This document shows, in pieces, positions 62,201 through 64,000 of a DNA stretch of 64,000 nucleotides. Numbering within the stretch: position 1 is the stretch's first letter; each line of letters begins with the position of its first letter. Below the pieces are notes generated by a model. It made no database searches, had not been told where the DNA came from, and saw nothing but the letters and a program-made list of their open reading frames with translations. Source of the stretch: Phoronis australis (taxonomy: Eukaryota > Animalia > Phoronida); NCBI GenBank assembly GCA_002633005.1, contig NMRA01000006.1, positions 1,711,742 through 1,775,741 on the forward strand, read 5' to 3'. A program made the translations under genes and the position numbers.

Positions 62201-63545
62201 CAGTTTTGTGTCTGACATATGACAAAAAGGCAATATCATTTTGAAAGCGTAAATATGGCCTGGGGAAGAAAGGTGTTTTTGACACAAGAACATGGTTTAG
62301 AGTTGCTTTAAAATCCCGTGAAACCGTGGTCCTTTCTTATGTGAAGAGATCCCATGCAACCGTGGTCCTTGTTTGTGTGAAGAGACCCTTTGCAACCGTT
62401 GTTCTTTCTTGTGTGAAGAGATCGCGTTCTACCGCAGCCCTAGTTTGTGTGAAGAGATGGCGTGCGTCATCCAGTCGGTGGTTACGATTTTTTGTTGGTC
62501 GTGTATTGGTTCAGTTCACTTGAATATTAATCTTTCACGATCAGGGGAATGTAAGAGTGCCAAGCTTATTCTGTAGTGCTGTTTGTTTTGGTCAAAATGT
62601 CAGTTTGTTATGGTATAAAGTCATTAATTTTGGACATTTTTACACTGTAATCATATGAGTAAACACCCAAGGCATTCAAGTTACGAAACTCAAAAATGTG
62701 CATGAGCCAAAAGGACCATTTCACGTCTTCTTGATGAAGGATTGAGTATTTCCCCGCCTGAGTATGTCCAGGTGCTGCAGAAAATGACTGTTTGTTACTT
62801 AAAGGAAAACGAGCTGCATACTTGGTCATTTTGGAATCTAAAATTATCGTGAGATGGACGCACGTGTAGACACAGGAAGTTGTGATCATGTAGATTGATA
62901 GTGGACATCAATCCAATCATGGGTATTTAAAAGTGAAGATTTACAAATTTCCGAGGTTGACATTAAGCCGAACGTGTGTTTGGTGAATGAGAAACATAAA
63001 GGCTCTTGGAAATTTTTCAAAAAAATTGTTTTACAATGGATAGTTTTCCTTATGAAGGTATTCTCATAATTTGTACCTCCTTTTGTTTACATTTTTAGTG
63101 ATCAGTCCTCTAAGTTTCTTGGAAAGCGTTAAAAATTATTGAATTCCTGCTGTTAGTTAAAATTTCTCCAACAATTGGTAGCAATATGTTGTCTCTGATA
63201 TTTAGTATTCAAGGGTTCTGTTGTACTCTTAAAAGTTCTGCTGATTGATTCATTCGCTGTTGTAAAGCAGGGTTTTCGTAGAAACTGTTCTTATTTTAGT
63301 TATAACAATAAAATGAAAAACATCACCTATGTGTTATTTCAGATGGCGAGTCCAGGCCACCTGTCAAAAAGGAAGGCCCGATGGACGTTTTCCTGCGTAC
63401 TAGCCCGAGAAAGTCGACACAACCCACCAAGCCCACAGCGGCTAGTGCTACTCCTATCAAGAAGAAAGAGATCAGTGCTGCAGATTTCTTTGGGACTTCA
63501 AGTGTGAAACGAGAAGAAAAGAAACCAACAACGTTAAAGAAGAAG
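56271..63545 (+). CDS. RFC1: Replication factor C subunit 1, 5' part, join(56271..56273,60051..60551,61298..61397,61811..61873,63343..63545>)
   Basis: ATG|GTGAG spliced to TAG|GAT ATC CGT AAA TTC TTT GGA gives MDIRKFFG, the conserved RFC1 N-terminal PCNA-binding motif; later SAADFFGTSSVKR resembles RFC1 SVLDYFGTGSVQR; phases 0,0,1,1 consistent. Gene continues beyond the window (BRCT and AAA+ domains not seen). Confidence 0.87.
56476..57363. mobile_element. Young MITE/foldback with ~270-bp near-perfect TIRs, in RFC1 intron 1
   Basis: TA|ggcaatgaccatcgcctctgttggcccgaagcagaggcgatg...ctcaactttt mirrored at 57096-57363|TA; arms differ only by a short indel and about one substitution. Confidence 0.9.
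60051..60551 (+). CDS. RFC1: RFC1 exon 2
   Basis: DIRKFFGGSSSKPK...SRKRKHLDE|GTATTT; 501 nt open. Confidence 0.85.
61298..61397 (+). CDS. RFC1: RFC1 exon 3
   Basis: SSDEEQEEFQVQRKTKANSKKTKKTKKMQIIDS G|GTGAGT. Confidence 0.8.
61811..61873 (+). CDS. RFC1: RFC1 exon 4
   Basis: TTGCAG|DDEVDDQPKKRGKRKKSSLDS G|GTAATA. Confidence 0.78.
62325..62460. repeat. Degenerate ~30-bp tandem repeat x4
   Basis: accgtggtcctt.tttgtgtgaagaga.. recurs four times. Confidence 0.75.
63343..63545 (+). CDS. RFC1: RFC1 exon 5
   Basis: TTTCAG|DGESRPPVKKEGPMDVFLRTSPRK...ISAADFFGTSSVKREEKKPTTLKKK|GTGATA. Confidence 0.83.
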
Positions 63546-63710
63546 GTGATATTGCTGAGATTTCTAGCTGTGATATTTCCTCTTGTGTAGCACCTGGTGT
63601 TTTATTCATGTGATATTGCAGATATTTCTAGCAGTGATATATTATTTTGTATAATGTTTTATATTTATTTGTGACTTTTTAGATTTTTAGCCGTGACTTT
63701 CTGGTGTTCA

Positions 63711-64000
63711 TTTTTATGCGCCCACATATTTATATGTGGACGCATTATGCCGTCATCTCTGTCCATCCGGGCAGCGTCCGTCCGTACGGCGTCCGGCCGG
63801 CGTCTGCTGTTCTAACTCCAAAACCGTTTGACGTATGTTCAGGAAATTTTGAACATGTGTTCCTTTCATGGATGGGACGGCATGAGCAAACTTTCGGACG
63901 GATTTTAGTTTTTTACGCTTACCTCTATATCTTCAAAGGTCTTCAGCGTATTTTCATACAGTTTTGCATGTAGGCATCTATTAGTAAGATGACGCTATGC
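63711..64000 (+). mobile_element. 5' end of a Helentron/HINE (DINE-1-like) element
   Basis: TTTTT then hairpin atgcgcccacatat-t-tatatgtggacgcat, followed by gtcc microsatellite (ctgtccatcc..cgtccgtccg) and ctaactccaaaaccg...gaaatttt core. Confidence 0.65.

Overview
AT-rich animal (bilaterian invertebrate, probably lophotrochozoan; inference) genomic DNA with spliceosomal GT-AG introns, not a prokaryotic locus. Left to right: (1) the last three coding exons of an unidentified + strand gene ending in an SxIP motif and a polybasic tail; (2) a tail-to-tail pair of paralogous two-exon genes for signal peptide + 2 Ig domain + TM proteins, one with a 16-aa tail and one with a ~425-aa tail built from about a dozen AKAP-like amphipathic helices; (3) a 2.5-kb block with a decayed Tc1/mariner (maT/DD37D-like) element, repeated in tandem around a single N (probably a haplotype-overlap assembly artefact); (4) a complete 20-exon PAS kinase gene (PASK, - strand, ~1215 aa) with three separate tandem duplications straddling splice junctions, one giving three in-frame acceptors in PAS-A; (5) a ~230-bp bidirectional promoter shared with RFC1, whose first five coding exons follow on the + strand. 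Introns carry MITEs, Helentron/HINE-like elements, a solo LTR, a tRNA-derived SINE and minisatellites. All gene models were read by eye from splice sites and reading-frame continuity; no database search was run.
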